Source of the DNA: a virus
Taxonomy: Duplodnaviria > Caudoviricetes
Strand: one strand, 5' to 3'
Length of the DNA stretch: 55,723 bases
Virus record (IMG/VR): IMGVR_UViG_3300025389_000003
Location: 1 to 55,723 of that record
Shown here: piece after piece, positions 54,129 to 55,723 of the stretch
Layout of the letters: every line of letters starts with the position of its first letter
How positions within the stretch are numbered: the stretch's first letter is position 1
Notes under the pieces: generated by a model
Databases searched by the model: none
What the model was told of the DNA's origin: nothing
Seen by the model: the letters and a program-made list of their open reading frames with translations, nothing else
Position numbers and translations under genes: made by a program

Positions 54129-55043
54129 TTAGACTCCGGCTGTACCGTAGGCACAACGGGGATCTGTGAAGCCAACGTCGTAACGCTCTGTTGCTTTGTA
54201 GCGCATAGAGTCAGTTTCGAAGTCACCTTCCATGGTTTTCTCAAGACGTCTGCGCATCAAAAGCTTGAAGCCTTCGGGAGCATCTGTCTGAACCCACCAT
54301 GCTGTAGATGATGTCAAGCGTGACAACACAGCGGCACCCTCGTCCAACAAACCGATAGATTTGATGGGGTTGATGTCGTTGTTTGCATTGCCAGTTCTGA
54401 GCACTGACTTCAACAATACTTCAGCTTGGAAGATATTGCCAGGAGCCACGATCAATTGACGTGGTACCAAGCGAATACGCTTGCCGTTGTTGTCAACTGC
54501 TTGGCGGATTTGAATCAACATCTGCTCAAGAGATGTTTGAGACAAGTTAGCTGCAGTAGCCAATTGGTTGCTGAATGTGCCATTCACGATGGGGTGAGCA
54601 GTGTTAATCAAAGAAACACCGTCGCCACCGGGATAGCTGCTGTTGAAGGCTGTGTTCAACACGTTAGCTGACAACAATTCTTTAGTCTCAACCAAAGACT
54701 GTGCCAAGTGACGTGCATAAACTTGACCAATACGGATGTGGTCGCCGTCTTCCACCAACACTTTTGTCAAAGCGAAGGCAAGGCCATACACTTTGTACAA
54801 ATAGCGCTTCAGGAATAACACACCACCTTGTTGATACGTAACGGGTGTACCGTCAGGCAACTGGGGTGCTGCGCCAAATCCATAAAGGACAGGCTCTTCA
54901 TGATAGTTACGGGGAATGCCGTCTTCTTCGCGGAACACACGGCTCCACTCGTCGGCACGTTGGTCATAGACTCCGTCAAAGCATTCGTTGAGAATAGGTT
55001 CAACAATACTTCTAAAGTCCGTACTTCGCATTGGTGCTGCCAT
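54129..55043 (-). CDS. Major capsid protein
   Basis: 304 aa; EE..L.GFG.A...G..V.Y, Y.LAF.LT....ED, K....A.VLN.AF, GDGVSL...AHP, LS..SLE, P..LIV.P, GDFET...RYKA.ERY..G..DPR..YG; strong RBS and downstream terminator. Confidence 0.85.
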   Translation of the reverse strand: MAAPMRSTDFRSIVEPILNECFDGVYDQRADEWSRVFREEDGIPRNYHEEPVLYGFGAAPQLPDGTPVTYQQGGVLFLKRYLYKVYGLAFALTKVLVEDGDHIRIGQVYARHLAQSLVETKELLSANVLNTAFNSSYPGGDGVSLINTAHPIVNGTFSNQLATAANLSQTSLEQMLIQIRQAVDNNGKRIRLVPRQLIVAPGNIFQAEVLLKSVLRTGNANNDINPIKSIGLLDEGAAVLSRLTSSTAWWVQTDAPEGFKLLMRRRLEKTMEGDFETDSMRYKATERYDVGFTDPRCAYGTAGV

Positions 55044-55058
55044 TGCAATACTCCTTTA

Positions 55059-55700
55059 TTAAACAACAGCAGTAGTTGCTGCAACAAATTGAACATATGG
55101 CAACTGGATACGAACAATCGTATACGCGTCACCCCAAGCGTTGTCCACGTAGGGAGCCAAGTCAACAACACGCATTTGGCCTTGAGCGCCGTTAGCTTGA
55201 GCAGAAGCTGAAGCCAAAGTTGCTTGAGACAAACCAGTGGTTGTGGAACCAGCGGTAATGTTGCTGAAGTTGTACTCGCCACCGATAGTGGTTTGAGCCA
55301 TTGAACCGTCAGCTTGGATTTCGTAAACGATTTTTTCGTCGTTGTAGAAATAAGCTACGCAAGTACCAGCAGTGTAGCTAGTGTTTGCGGGCCAATAGTT
55401 GGAAACGCGAGCGCGACCAGTTGTATCTGTCCACTGAACACCAGCGAAAGCGCCTGCGACTTGATAGCCGTCAGAAGCTGCACTGTTACCAGGGGTAGCA
55501 GAGGGGACGATTGTGCCTTTCGCAATGCCTGACAAGCTTGTGGCTGTCAAGACTGCGGCTGTCACGTAAGAAACTGGTTGTCCTTTTAAAATGTTAACGG
55601 ACAAACCAGATTGAATACCGCCAGCAAGCGCCTGAGCGCGATCCAGACCAGAGGGGTGGAACGCAGGGCGCAAGCCAAACGGAGCATTAGTTGCTGACAT
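55059..55700 (-). CDS. Capsid-associated (cement/decoration-like) protein
   Basis: 213 aa; APFGLRP, G.F.GV...D..G, YWPA, YEIQADG, G...TGLS; immediately upstream of the major capsid gene. Confidence 0.65.
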   Translation of the reverse strand: MSATNAPFGLRPAFHPSGLDRAQALAGGIQSGLSVNILKGQPVSYVTAAVLTATSLSGIAKGTIVPSATPGNSAASDGYQVAGAFAGVQWTDTTGRARVSNYWPANTSYTAGTCVAYFYNDEKIVYEIQADGSMAQTTIGGEYNFSNITAGSTTTGLSQATLASASAQANGAQGQMRVVDLAPYVDNAWGDAYTIVRIQLPYVQFVAATTAVV

Positions 55701-55723
55701 AGTCAAACTCCTTTAGGTTAACC
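55657..55723. repeat. Terminal direct repeat, copy 2
   Basis: Identical to 1-67. Confidence 0.95.

Noticed and set aside
54809-55282. 157-aa alternative-frame ORF across the capsid genes
   Set aside because: No motif or RBS; overlaps two well-supported genes.
55657-55723. 67-bp terminal repeat as a biological DTR
   Set aside because: It cuts through the start of a capsid-module gene and is most simply an assembler overlap.

Overview
This window is an apparently complete, circularly assembled genome of a tailed dsDNA phage. It has about 55,656 bp of unique sequence, and the first 67 nt repeat exactly at the end. The architecture is podovirus-like: terminase, portal, GroES, scaffold, major capsid, adaptor and nozzle proteins, several tail fibres and putative ejection proteins, with no recognisable tape measure, sheath, integrase, CI repressor or DNA polymerase. 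It also has a primase/helicase/SSB/exonuclease/RuvC replication block, a GH19 endolysin with holin and nested Rz/Rz1 spanins (implying a Gram-negative host), and three free-standing homing endonucleases. The most striking unexplained signal is a 13-bp palindrome, CYAGTTSAACTRG. It has 10 perfect and 2 one-mismatch copies across the genome, mostly inside genes and in different reading frames. Two copies lie inside an orphan ParB/CTPase-HTH gene that has no ParA partner, suggesting a parS/KorB-operator-like clamp-loading system in a seemingly lytic phage. Other notable items: a shared xxxGG peptide motif about 24 times in six putative head-cargo proteins; a C5 methyltransferase apparently split over two fully overlapping reading frames; a c4-like structured RNA plus a G-rich non-coding block; a second 17-bp operator at three early promoters; a multi-hairpin groES leader; and an isolated acidic candidate DNA-mimic gene. 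All annotations come from motif recognition by eye; no database searches were run.
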